This document shows positions 35,510 through 45,619 of a DNA stretch of 64,000 nucleotides, piece after piece. Source of the DNA: Chlamydiales bacterium (GTDB lineage: Bacteria > Chlamydiota > Chlamydiia > Chlamydiales > SM23-39); the NCBI GenBank assembly GCA_028278035.1, contig JANQFC010000077.1, forward strand, positions 73,323 to 137,322, in the 5' to 3' direction. The notes under the pieces are model-generated. The model did no database searches, had not been told where the DNA came from, and saw only the letters and a list, made by a program, of their open reading frames with translations. Made by a program: the position numbers and the translations under genes. Numbering within the stretch: the first letter of the stretch is position 1; the number at the start of each line of letters is the position of its first letter.

Positions 35510-38254
35510 ATGAAACATAAAATCAAAGAAGAATTTAAAAATATAGATCACTATCAAATAATAAAAAGACTTGCTCAAGGCGGTATGGGAGAAGTCTTTT
35601 TGGCATATGATACTAAATGCAAACGACATGTTGCCTTAAAAAAAATCAAAGCAGATCTCAAAAATAATAAAACAATAAAAAAAAGATTTTTAAAAGAAGC
35701 AATAATAGCCAGCAAGCTGACCCATCCGGGCATTACTCCAATATATGATATCAATCTTGAAAACTCCTGTTACTATACTATGCCATATATAGAAGGAGAG
35801 ACTTTGAAGGAAATATTTCAAAAGGCCAAAGAAAATGATCATCCGATTGGCAAATCTATTCCCTCCTTAGTTAGGATATTTTTAAATGTCTGTGAAGCTA
35901 TAGCATATGTTCATTCTAATAATATTCTTCATAGAGATATAAAGCCTGACAATATAATGATAGGAAAATATGGTGAAGTTCTAATTCTAGACTGGGGTAT
36001 TGCAAAATACCTTACAGATAAAGAGAAAGATCTCAAGCTAGACATAAATTTCGGATCAGAAATCACGCAGCCAGGAAAACTGGCAGGCACAATATCTTAT
36101 ATGGCACCTGAGCGAGCAATGGGAGAAAAAGCCAGTTACCTATGTGATATTTATTCACTCGGCACTATTTTATATCAAATATTAACGCTTTGCCTACCTT
36201 TCAAAAGAAAAGATATAAAATCTTTTAGAAAAAACATTAAAAAAGAAAAATTAATAGAGCCTTATTTAAAAGCTCCTTATAGAGATATTCCTAAGAAACT
36301 GACCGACATATGTAAAAAATGCTTAATGTTTTCCAAAAGCCAAAGATATCAAAGCGTAAAAGAACTTATTAAGGATTTGTTAGATTTTATAGAAGGAAGG
36401 CCAGACTGGATCTTATCCACTCAATTAGATATAGCAAAAAAAAATGATTGGGCCTTTGAAGAAAATATTATGCTTTCCAAACACACCGCTATCTCCAAAA
36501 ATATAGATTTTGCTGAATGGATCACCTTGATGATCTCTAAAGAGTCTTTTTCTGGGAACATCAAATTAGAAGCAGATATTTCTATAGGAAAAGAAGCATC
36601 CGGCGTCGGATTTTTCATAAATGTATTAAAACATAAACAAACTTTCAAGGTAGAAGAAGGCTATAGGCTGTGGCTTACATCTCAAAATGCAAAAACATCT
36701 TTGTATAAATCAAATATATTGATGTATGAAAAAAAATTAAACTTAACGCCAGATAAATTCTATAAAATATCCTTAGAGAAAAAAGATGATATTTTTCATT
36801 TTTATTTGGATAACAATTTAATTTTTTCTCACACCAGCCATCTGCCGCTGAGAGGCACTTTTATAGGTATTGGTTTTAAAGATGACAATTTTATAATGCA
36901 GAATTTAAAAATATATTCATCTACCTATAACGTAATGGTAAACTGTTTGTCTATTGCAGATGCATTCTTTTCTAAAGAACAATATGATACAGCAATAGAC
37001 GAATACAGGAAAATAGCGTCATCATTTCCCGGCAGAATTGAAGCGAAAGAAGCTATTTTCAGATCAGGAATTACCCTATTAGAAAAAGCCAAGAGCCAAA
37101 ATTCCAAAAAACAAAAAAATACTTACTTAAATTTAGCTTTAAAAGAATTTGAGAAACTACACAGCACACCATCTGAGCCATTAGAATATTTGGGAAAATC
37201 ACTAGTATATTCTACGCAGGAAGACAGTCAAGAAGAAGCAAAATGCCTGGAGCTTTCTATAAGAAAATATAAGAATCATGTGCTTATAGATATTATAAAA
37301 GAGCATATCATTTACAGAATGCATGAAAGTTCAATCCAAAATCAAGAAACTGCTTACAGAATAATTTTGATAGCTTTAAGATTCATAGAAGATATAATCA
37401 ACAATCAAGACACCAAAAAACTATTATTAAGCTTAAATGATCATTTAGAAAATATACATTTTATCACTCCAGCTGCAGATATTAAAAACCATTTAATCAT
37501 TGAATTAGCCTATAGACTGAATAAATGGCCCACTCTTCTTGAAATCCTTCAATCAGAAATTTTAGACAATATCAATTTGCAAAATATCATATTAGTATTA
37601 ATAGACTTAGGCTTTTTTTCAAAAATAAAAAACACCCTTAAAAATCTGTGTGATTTTAAAAATATAAAGTCTTTCGATGTTCTTTTTTCTAAAAAACCTT
37701 TAGAAAATAAAATCAGTGAACTGATTTCAAACACAAAAAAATTAACTTTAGCAAATACCAAACTTATCTTATTTGCATTAAATCAATTATTGGAACAAAA
37801 AAAATTCTCAGATATTAAAAATATTATTTCTTCTTTAAGAAAACACCTTATTAATAAAGACGATAAACTTGTATTAGACACCATACTAATTAAAGTTCAT
37901 CTTTTAGAGAACCAAACAAAAGATGCATTTAAGATATTTTCAAAATATAAAATTGATTATCTCAGCTCCGAAAACAATCCATTATTCTTTTTATACGGCA
38001 TATATCTAAGTATGATTGAATCCAAAGAAATAGCTAATGTTCATTTTGCAAAAGCATTAGATACACATCACTTAAGTTATTTCTCATTGGCCGCGCATTT
38101 TATAATATCCGCTAAAACCCTTAGGAAAATACTATATTTTGAAAAAAAACAAATGTTAAAAGACCTGATCTTATATTATGGATGTATTAAAAATACAAAA
38201 AAAACGAGCTACTTTAAAAAAGAGCTCGCCAAGCTAGAAAAAATTTCTAAATAA
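35510..38254 (+). CDS. pknD: Ser/Thr protein kinase, PknD-like, with a long C-terminal non-kinase region
   Basis: Motifs are GGMGEVFLA, VALKKI, HRDIKPDNIM, DWGIA and YMAPE. At 914 aa and upstream of valS, it matches the chlamydial arrangement. Confidence 0.85.
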   Translation: MKHKIKEEFKNIDHYQIIKRLAQGGMGEVFLAYDTKCKRHVALKKIKADLKNNKTIKKRFLKEAIIASKLTHPGITPIYDINLENSCYYTMPYIEGETLKEIFQKAKENDHPIGKSIPSLVRIFLNVCEAIAYVHSNNILHRDIKPDNIMIGKYGEVLILDWGIAKYLTDKEKDLKLDINFGSEITQPGKLAGTISYMAPERAMGEKASYLCDIYSLGTILYQILTLCLPFKRKDIKSFRKNIKKEKLIEPYLKAPYRDIPKKLTDICKKCLMFSKSQRYQSVKELIKDLLDFIEGRPDWILSTQLDIAKKNDWAFEENIMLSKHTAISKNIDFAEWITLMISKESFSGNIKLEADISIGKEASGVGFFINVLKHKQTFKVEEGYRLWLTSQNAKTSLYKSNILMYEKKLNLTPDKFYKISLEKKDDIFHFYLDNNLIFSHTSHLPLRGTFIGIGFKDDNFIMQNLKIYSSTYNVMVNCLSIADAFFSKEQYDTAIDEYRKIASSFPGRIEAKEAIFRSGITLLEKAKSQNSKKQKNTYLNLALKEFEKLHSTPSEPLEYLGKSLVYSTQEDSQEEAKCLELSIRKYKNHVLIDIIKEHIIYRMHESSIQNQETAYRIILIALRFIEDIINNQDTKKLLLSLNDHLENIHFITPAADIKNHLIIELAYRLNKWPTLLEILQSEILDNINLQNIILVLIDLGFFSKIKNTLKNLCDFKNIKSFDVLFSKKPLENKISELISNTKKLTLANTKLILFALNQLLEQKKFSDIKNIISSLRKHLINKDDKLVLDTILIKVHLLENQTKDAFKIFSKYKIDYLSSENNPLFFLYGIYLSMIESKEIANVHFAKALDTHHLSYFSLAAHFIISAKTLRKILYFEKKQMLKDLILYYGCIKNTKKTSYFKKELAKLEKISK

Positions 38255-38256
38255 AA

Positions 38257-38910
38257 TTACTCATTCTGATTTTGGGAAGGTGGTTTAATATACAATTTAG
38301 CTATAGTAGAAACTAATGCAGTAGTAGATAATAAAAGCATTGTAGGTGCCACCACGGTAAAAGCAAAAAATGTAGAGGTAAAAACCAAAACTCCTATTGC
38401 AAAAAGAGCAATATTTTTAGCCAGGTCCAAAAACTTTATCTTTTTCTGACTAGTATCATTTACATCTAAATGTCTAATATCTCTAATAGTATCTAGAGAT
38501 CTTCTGGCAAAGCTATATGCTAGAGTAAGGCCACTTCCAATAGAGACTAAATCAGATACTCCTGCACTTAACGTAACAATTTTCGCTGCATCTATCCAGT
38601 TAATAGTCTCACAAATGTTATTAGTTAAATCAGATGCTACCAGCCAAATCCTTTCTTTTGCTGCCCCAAATACGTGATGTCTAAAAGTATTAAGATTCTG
38701 AACTAAATCCAACATATTAAAAGCTTCAAAAGCCGAACTAAAAGATTTTAAACCGTTTTTTATTCCAACATTTTCAGATTTACTAAAAAAATTCACCCAA
38801 TCCAACCCAAAATGATGAATTGTCTTAAAAAAATTTCTTGTATCTTGCTGGGTAAAATTTACAAAAACATCAAAATTATCCTGTTGGGAATCTTGAACTG
38901 ATGCTGCCAT
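38257..38910 (-). CDS. Hypothetical membrane protein with a bilobed hydrophobic domain (Inc-like)
   Basis: The C-terminal region reads IALFAIGVLVFTSTFFAFTVV-AP-TMLLLSTTALVSTIAKLYI. No enzymatic motif was seen. Confidence 0.45.
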   Translation of the reverse strand: MAASVQDSQQDNFDVFVNFTQQDTRNFFKTIHHFGLDWVNFFSKSENVGIKNGLKSFSSAFEAFNMLDLVQNLNTFRHHVFGAAKERIWLVASDLTNNICETINWIDAAKIVTLSAGVSDLVSIGSGLTLAYSFARRSLDTIRDIRHLDVNDTSQKKIKFLDLAKNIALFAIGVLVFTSTFFAFTVVAPTMLLLSTTALVSTIAKLYIKPPSQNQNE

Positions 38911-38998
38911 ATATTATCTCCTTTTTTACAAAAGCAGGCAGCAGTTTATTTCAATAGGCAAATAAAGAAAAGTATAATTTTTTTTTAAACCCATTATT

Positions 38999-39031
38999 TT
39001 GACTTCGATTGAGATTTATGATAAATTATCA
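38999..39031 (+). promoter_or_regulatory. Candidate sigma-70-type promoter of valS overlapped by a palindrome
   Basis: TTGACT (38999-39004), a 17-nt spacer, then TAAATT (39022-39027). The palindrome TGATAA-A-TTATCA (39019-39031) overlaps the -10 element. Confidence 0.35.
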
Positions 39032-39056
39032 TAAACAAAATACATGAAAAAATAAT

Positions 39057-41885
39057 ATGAAAGAACTTCCGATTCAATATAACCCCAAAGAAATTGAAAA
39101 TAAATGGTACGATATCTGGGAAAAAAAAGGCTATTTTAAAGCAAATGCAAAATCTGATAAAAAAAGTTTTTGCATAGTGATCCCCCCACCCAATGTTACC
39201 GGAGTTCTACATATGGGGCATGCTTTAGTCGACACCCTTCAAGATATTTTGATCCGATACAAAAGAATGCAAAATTTTGAAGCTCTTTGGCTACCAGGGA
39301 CTGACCATGCAGGAATAGCAACTCAAACCATTGTTGAAAAGCACTTAATAGCAAAGCTCAAGAAACGAAGAAAAGATTTTACAAGAGAAGAATTTTTAAA
39401 ACATATCTGGGAGTGGAAAGAAGAAAAAGAAGATAATATTTTATCCCAGTTAAAAACACTAGGCTGCTCCTGCGATTGGTCAAGACTTCGCTTTACCATG
39501 GACGACAACTGCAATAAAGCCGTTAGGGAAGTCTTTAAAAAAATGTATGATGCAAAGCTTATCTATCAAGGAGACTATCTAGTAAACTGGGATCCAATTA
39601 CACAAACGGCCCTAGCCGATGATGAAGTAGAATATGAAGAGAAAGATTCTCATTTATGGTTTTTTAAATACCCCATAGCGGGTAGCAAAGACTATATTAT
39701 AGTGGCAACTACCAGACCTGAGACCATGTTAGGAGATACTGCTGTAGCAGTATCTGCAAAAGATCCCAGATATTCTTTTTTAATCGGCAAAAAAGTTAAA
39801 CTTCCCATAGTAAATAGAGAAATACCAATAATAGAAGATAGATTTGTAGATCCTAAATTCGGAACGGGAGCAGTAAAAGTAACGCCTGCGCATGATCCTA
39901 ATGACTATGAAATAGCTTTACGTAATGACCTACCCATGATCAATATAATGACACCAGATGGAAGGATCAATGAAAATGGCAAAGATTTTTGCGGACTTAG
40001 CATGCAAAAAGCAAGGCAGGCCGTTATAGAAAAAATGAAAACACTAAATCTTCTAGAAAAAATCGAGCCTTATCAATTAAGAGTCGGGGTATCGTACCGA
40101 TCTAAAGCTACAATACAGCCCTATCTTTCAAAACAGTGGTTTGTAAAAATGAAACCATTTAAAAACAAACTGATCTCTGCCGTCAAAGAAAAAAGGGTAA
40201 ATCTCATTCCAAAACATTTTGAAAATACATATTATCACTGGATTGAAAACTTAAGAGACTGGTGTATATCAAGACAACTGTGGTGGGGACACAGAATTCC
40301 AATTTGGCATAATATAGAAGATCCTGATGTTATGATATGTCATTCGAAAGACGACCTTCCTGAAGAAGTTAAAAAAAATCCGGATAAATGGAAACAGGAT
40401 GAAGATGTCTTAGATACATGGTTTTCTTCTGCTCTTTGGCCATTTAGCACACTTGGTTGGCCGGAAAAAACAGACGATCTAAAAAAATTCTACCCAACAA
40501 ACATTTTAATTACAGCACATGACATATTATTTTTCTGGGTAGCCAGAATGATAATGATGGGCGAATACATAATGAAAGACGTTCCATTTAAAGAAACTTT
40601 CATACATGGGCTTATCTATGGCAAATCCTATTGGAGAGAAGAAAAAGACGGATCTGTTACATATGCACTTCCAGAAGAAAAGAAAAAATACGATCTTGGA
40701 GAAAAACCTCCAAAAGATGTTTTTTCTAAATGGGAGAAGATGTCTAAGTCCAAAGGTAATATTATAGATCCGATAGAACTTATAGATGAATACGGAACAG
40801 ATGCCGTAAGAATTGCGCTTACTTCTTCAGTAACTCACGCTCGGCAAATAGATATGGACAGAAGAAAATTCGGTGAGTACAAAAACTTTGCAAATAAAAT
40901 CTGGAACTCATTTAGATTTGTCATGTTAAATTTAGAAGCCAATAAAGAAAAAAATCTCTTGGCTCTGACTGCTCGGGAAATAGAACAAGGCCTTAATCTA
41001 AAAGATCTCATTCTAGAGGATCGATGGATCTTATCAAAGCTCAATCAAACAATCAAAGAAGAAATAAATTATCTAGAAAATAAAACATTCGATAAAGCAG
41101 CCACACTTCTATATTCTTTTTTCTGGGATGATTTTTGTGCATATTACCTAGAGATGACCAAACCTTATTTATTCGGAAAAATAAAACCTAAATTGAGATC
41201 CAATAAACAAAAAATATTGCTTTTTGTTCTATTGGCATCGATAAGGCTTATGCATCCGATAGTACCATTTATCACAGAAGAGATTTTTTCTAAAATAAAA
41301 GAAAAATTCAAAAATTTAAAAACACAAAAAAAGCAGGATCCATATACTTTAGATTTCATAGAAGCTATATCTGCTGATAACTGTATTGTCTCTAAATATC
41401 CGCAAGTGTTTACTCAAGATTTTAAAAATGCAACAAAAGATTTTGATCTGATAAAAGAGGTGTTGAGAACAATTAGAAATATTAGAACAGAGATGAAAAT
41501 TTCTCCTTCTACTAAAACAGATCTTCATATAATCTCTAAAAATGCAGCTCTCATAAAACAAAATGAAAATATCATAATTACTTTAGCCAAAATAAATATA
41601 ATCTACTATTCTGATAATGAAAAATCTCTTCCTAAAAATGGTTCTATTAATATTTGCGAATCTTTAAAACTATATATCCCACTTCCTCAAGAGCTTTTAG
41701 AAAATGAAAAAAAACGCCTTACTAAAGAAAAAGAAAAACTTATAAAAATTTTAGAATCAACAAAACAAAAATTAAATAATAAAGAATTTATTTCTAAAGC
41801 TCCACAAGATGTAATAGATAAAATGAAAAAGATATTTACAAACACAGAAAATAAACTAAAAGAAATTGAAAAAAAATTAAATTAA
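39057..41885 (+). CDS. valS: Valine--tRNA ligase
   Basis: Motifs are PPPNVTGVLHMGHAL and KMSKSKGN, with a C-terminal coiled coil. Confidence 0.95.
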   Translation: MKELPIQYNPKEIENKWYDIWEKKGYFKANAKSDKKSFCIVIPPPNVTGVLHMGHALVDTLQDILIRYKRMQNFEALWLPGTDHAGIATQTIVEKHLIAKLKKRRKDFTREEFLKHIWEWKEEKEDNILSQLKTLGCSCDWSRLRFTMDDNCNKAVREVFKKMYDAKLIYQGDYLVNWDPITQTALADDEVEYEEKDSHLWFFKYPIAGSKDYIIVATTRPETMLGDTAVAVSAKDPRYSFLIGKKVKLPIVNREIPIIEDRFVDPKFGTGAVKVTPAHDPNDYEIALRNDLPMINIMTPDGRINENGKDFCGLSMQKARQAVIEKMKTLNLLEKIEPYQLRVGVSYRSKATIQPYLSKQWFVKMKPFKNKLISAVKEKRVNLIPKHFENTYYHWIENLRDWCISRQLWWGHRIPIWHNIEDPDVMICHSKDDLPEEVKKNPDKWKQDEDVLDTWFSSALWPFSTLGWPEKTDDLKKFYPTNILITAHDILFFWVARMIMMGEYIMKDVPFKETFIHGLIYGKSYWREEKDGSVTYALPEEKKKYDLGEKPPKDVFSKWEKMSKSKGNIIDPIELIDEYGTDAVRIALTSSVTHARQIDMDRRKFGEYKNFANKIWNSFRFVMLNLEANKEKNLLALTAREIEQGLNLKDLILEDRWILSKLNQTIKEEINYLENKTFDKAATLLYSFFWDDFCAYYLEMTKPYLFGKIKPKLRSNKQKILLFVLLASIRLMHPIVPFITEEIFSKIKEKFKNLKTQKKQDPYTLDFIEAISADNCIVSKYPQVFTQDFKNATKDFDLIKEVLRTIRNIRTEMKISPSTKTDLHIISKNAALIKQNENIIITLAKINIIYYSDNEKSLPKNGSINICESLKLYIPLPQELLENEKKRLTKEKEKLIKILESTKQKLNNKEFISKAPQDVIDKMKKIFTNTENKLKEIEKKLN

Positions 41886-43279
41886 TCCTCTGAAAAACCC
41901 AAAACTTTCTTTTTGATTTTTCTTTTCTTCTCTATTTTTAAAATTTCAAAAAACTCATTACTTTCAGAAATTATAATTTTAGATAAAAACATAAGACCTA
42001 TTAAATTAGGCAAGGCCATCAGTCCATTAAAAATATCGGCTATCGGCCAAACTATTTTTATACTGGACACAGCTCCTACAAAAACTATAAACACAAATAA
42101 AAACCTGTAATAAATAACTGCTTTTTTAGCAAAAGTATACTCGACACATTTTTCTCCATAATACGCCCATCCCAATATTGTAGAAAAACCAAATAAAACA
42201 AGTCCTAAAGCAACAATATACTCTCCATAAGGTAAAACATTAGAAAACGCCTTCATTACTAAAGGGGCGCCATTTAAAACCCTGCCTTCTGCATCCAAAT
42301 CTCCGACAACCTGGGTAACAGATAATACCAAAACTGTTATTGTGCAAACTATAAAGCTTGATAAAAAAACCCCCGACATAGAAATCAAGGCCTGTCTTCC
42401 CGGAAAATCTGTTTTGGCAGCCGCAGCCGCTATGGGTGCACTGCCAAGCCCCGCTTCATTAGAAGAAATACCTCTTGATATTCCTATTTGGACCGCATGA
42501 AAAATCCCCCCTCCAATAAAACCACCATAAGCTGCTTTTTTAGAAAAAGCACTTTTTATAATTAAACCAATAGCAGGCAAAATGCTATTTACGTGAATAA
42601 GAAGTATCACAATACCGCCAGTAATATAAATCAGGGCCATAACAGGAACTAAATAAGCATTTATTTTACCTAAATTTTTAATACCTCCTATTATTGCAAT
42701 AAAAGCAAGTAGAGCAATAACAATACCCGATATAACATATGGAATATCAAACAGTGCATTTAAAGCATGGGCAATAGATTGGGACTGAATAATATTCCCC
42801 CCGCCAAATGTAGCCAAAATCCCAAAAACGGAAAACAATACTGCCAGCCATTTAATTTTTAGTCCTTTTTGAATATAATACATTGGCCCGCCGGCAATCT
42901 TATTATTTTGATCTTGAGTCCTATATTTAACAGCTAAAATAGCTTCACTGTATTTTGTAACCATACCAATCAAAGCTACCAGCCACATCCAGAATATAGA
43001 ACCAAACCCTCCGGCCACAACAGCTGTAGCCATACCGGCAATGCTTCCTATTCCAATGGTGGCAGCAAGAGCTGTCATCAAAGACTGAAACTGAGAAATA
43101 TCCCCTTTAGTATTGTTGTCATGTTTAGAAAAAACATATTTTAAAGATAATAACAGATACTTAAACTGCATGCCTTTTAGTTTATATGTAAGATAAAGAC
43201 CCACTCCTACTAAAAGATACAATAAAAGCCCGTCCCACAAATAAAAATCCAATTTTTCCAAGAAATAACTTACATTCAT
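41882..43279 (-). CDS. Alanine/glycine:cation symporter (AGCS family)
   Basis: 465 aa, polytopic, with ISQFQSLMTALAATIGIGSIAG...GGFGSIFWMW. Confidence 0.85.
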   Translation of the reverse strand: MNVSYFLEKLDFYLWDGLLLYLLVGVGLYLTYKLKGMQFKYLLLSLKYVFSKHDNNTKGDISQFQSLMTALAATIGIGSIAGMATAVVAGGFGSIFWMWLVALIGMVTKYSEAILAVKYRTQDQNNKIAGGPMYYIQKGLKIKWLAVLFSVFGILATFGGGNIIQSQSIAHALNALFDIPYVISGIVIALLAFIAIIGGIKNLGKINAYLVPVMALIYITGGIVILLIHVNSILPAIGLIIKSAFSKKAAYGGFIGGGIFHAVQIGISRGISSNEAGLGSAPIAAAAAKTDFPGRQALISMSGVFLSSFIVCTITVLVLSVTQVVGDLDAEGRVLNGAPLVMKAFSNVLPYGEYIVALGLVLFGFSTILGWAYYGEKCVEYTFAKKAVIYYRFLFVFIVFVGAVSSIKIVWPIADIFNGLMALPNLIGLMFLSKIIISESNEFFEILKIEKKRKIKKKVLGFSED

Positions 43280-44166
43280 ATCAGCTTTTCTAATTTTAAG
43301 AACCCATAGGCGATATCATATACATTTTGATGTTTTTCTTCTTGTAAATAATTCATATGTTTCATTTTTTCATTAGTAATTTTCTTCTCAATTTTTTGTA
43401 AAACATTTGAAAGTTGAGGATATTTTTTTATAATATCTTTTCTTATGGCTATAGCCGCATCATATGCAGGAAAGAATTTTTTATCATCTGATAAAGTTAA
43501 AAAATCATATTTTGTTATTTTACTATCTGTTGCATAAGCAGAAGCTGTATCAATAGATCCGTTATTTAAAGATATATAAATTAAAGACTGGTCTAACATT
43601 TTATAATTTAAAGATAATTTATACTCATTTTTTAAAATTTTAAAATCATCCCTTATAATAAATTCAGGATCTACAGCCATTGAAAACTTTTGATTATCAA
43701 GGTCTGAAATAGAACAAATATTGTTATTTACAGCCTTAGATTTTTTCATGATGATGACATATGAATTTTCAAAACCTAAAGGATAAGAAAATACAATATT
43801 ATAATCCTGTAATCCCTTATTTATATATTCAAAACCTCGATCCTTTTCCTGCTGAATATCTTCTTTTAAAAATCCACTTAAAATAGTGCCCGAATATTCC
43901 GGATAAAGATCTATGCTTTTAGACAGCAAGGCTTCAAAACAAATAAAAGAACCCTCTAAATTAAACGTCCTTTTAACTTTTAAGTTAGTATTCTTCTCTA
44001 TTAGAATAGAAATTATTTCGGCTAAAATATGACTTTCCGTACAATTTTTTGAGCCTACTGTAATAACATTTTCAGATTTATTAAAAAAAAAGCTGTTTAA
44101 CCATAAAAAATTCAACAATACAATAATAAAAAAAACGATTTTGAGCCTTTTTTTCAGTATTATCAT
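43276..44166 (-). CDS. ABC transporter substrate-binding protein, glycine betaine/choline (OpuAC-type)
   Basis: It has an N-terminal signal/anchor and ITVGSKNCTESHILAEII. It is in an operon with the permease and ATPase. Confidence 0.75.
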   Translation of the reverse strand: MIILKKRLKIVFFIIVLLNFLWLNSFFFNKSENVITVGSKNCTESHILAEIISILIEKNTNLKVKRTFNLEGSFICFEALLSKSIDLYPEYSGTILSGFLKEDIQQEKDRGFEYINKGLQDYNIVFSYPLGFENSYVIIMKKSKAVNNNICSISDLDNQKFSMAVDPEFIIRDDFKILKNEYKLSLNYKMLDQSLIYISLNNGSIDTASAYATDSKITKYDFLTLSDDKKFFPAYDAAIAIRKDIIKKYPQLSNVLQKIEKKITNEKMKHMNYLQEEKHQNVYDIAYGFLKLEKLI

Positions 44167-44807
44167 ATTTTTTTTCTATGAGGCTCTAAATAGTTTTTTA
44201 AGTTGGATAATATTATATCAAAAAAAATAGCAAAAACAGCAGCGGGAACAGTACCGGATAATATTAAATCCACCCTCATGCTTCTAAGGCCCTGCATAAT
44301 AAGATCTCCCAGCCCTCCGGATCCTACCAAACTAGTAAGAGTAGCCATACCGATAATCCAAATAAAAGAAATCCTTATACCGGTTATGATAAAAGGCAGC
44401 GCTAACGGCAGCTGAACAGAAAATAATATCTGTTTAGATGTCATTCCCAAGCTTAAGGCTACATCTATAGTTTTATCGCTAATATGTTTTATACCCGTAT
44501 AAGTATTGCTTAGAATAGGAAAAAGAGCGTACAAGCTCAGAACAATAATAGAAGGAAAAAATCCTGTGGTAGGAAGAGAAAAAACATTTTTAAAAGCAAC
44601 AAGTACAGCTACTAACAAAGCAATAAAAGCAAGGCCCGGTATAGTTTGAATAATCGCTACTATTCTTAAAACAATATTAGATAATTTTGTATATTTGGTT
44701 TTCGCTAACAATATCCCTAAAGGCACAGATATCAAAGTGGCTATCATAATAGCCACAAAACAAAGTTTAAAATGCTGAAAAAACTTTATTAAAATATATG
44801 TAATCAT
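44163..44807 (-). CDS. ABC transporter permease (osmoprotectant type)
   Basis: 214 aa with 5-6 TM segments and a BPD_transp_1-like loop. Confidence 0.85.
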   Translation of the reverse strand: MITYILIKFFQHFKLCFVAIMIATLISVPLGILLAKTKYTKLSNIVLRIVAIIQTIPGLAFIALLVAVLVAFKNVFSLPTTGFFPSIIVLSLYALFPILSNTYTGIKHISDKTIDVALSLGMTSKQILFSVQLPLALPFIITGIRISFIWIIGMATLTSLVGSGGLGDLIMQGLRSMRVDLILSGTVPAAVFAIFFDIILSNLKNYLEPHRKKI

Positions 44808-45595
44808 AATAAACAGGTCTCATTCATATCAGACAAAACAGGTTTTTTATTATTTAATATCCAATTAAGATGCCGTTTATGTTTTGCAAAAAAATCATTT
44901 ACAAATGCATCTTTGGGATTTTCTATTAGTTCTTTAGCGGTTCCTATTTGTTTGATCCTACCTTTGTCCATTAAAACAATTCTATCTGCCATTTTAACAG
45001 CTTCAAGAATATCATGTGTTACAAATACAATGGTCTTTTTAATATTTGACTCTAACTCCAGAAACTCATTTTGGACTTGCTCTCTTGTCAAGGGATCTAA
45101 AGAACCAAAAGGTTCGTCCATTAAAATAATAGGAGGATCATTGGCAATTGCTCTTGCCACCCCTATTCTTTGTTTTTCTCCTCCGCTTAGCTCAAACGGA
45201 TATCTTTTTTTATATCCTTTAGTCAAATTAAAAAGCTCCAAGAGCTCATCAACTTTTTTATCTATATCTAATTTACTCCAGCTTTGAAGCTTCAAAACAA
45301 TAGATATATTTTCATAAATAGTCATGTGTTCAAAAAGACCGACATGCTGAATGGCATACCCAATTTTCCTTCTGAGCTTGATCGGATCTACACCTGCAAT
45401 ATCTTCATTTTCAATATAAACTCTGCCGTTTGTCGGCTCTATTAATTTATTTATCATTCTAAGCGCTGTTGTCTTCCCACTACCGCTTGTGCCCAATAAG
45501 ACCAAAGTCTCACCGACATTCACATGAAAACTAATATTATCTAATGCTTTTTTTTCTTTTAAAAAAAACTTTGATACTTTTTCAAAGGTTATCAA
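44804..45595 (-). CDS. ABC transporter ATP-binding protein (osmoprotectant type, no CBS tail)
   Basis: Motifs are GTSGSGKTT, LSGGEKQR and ILMDEPFGSLD. TTG start. Confidence 0.9.
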   Translation of the reverse strand: MITFEKVSKFFLKEKKALDNISFHVNVGETLVLLGTSGSGKTTALRMINKLIEPTNGRVYIENEDIAGVDPIKLRRKIGYAIQHVGLFEHMTIYENISIVLKLQSWSKLDIDKKVDELLELFNLTKGYKKRYPFELSGGEKQRIGVARAIANDPPIILMDEPFGSLDPLTREQVQNEFLELESNIKKTIVFVTHDILEAVKMADRIVLMDKGRIKQIGTAKELIENPKDAFVNDFFAKHKRHLNWILNNKKPVLSDMNETCLL

Positions 45596-45619
45596 AAGTA
45601 TGCCCTATTATTTATAAAA

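Noticed and set aside
35473-35512. A perfect TTGACA, a 17-nt spacer, then TAAAAC ending 9 nt before the pknD ATG, which would suggest a leaderless mRNA.
   Set aside because: The -10 element is weak and lacks the terminal T, and AT-rich sequence produces many such matches. This is not supportable without 5'-end mapping.
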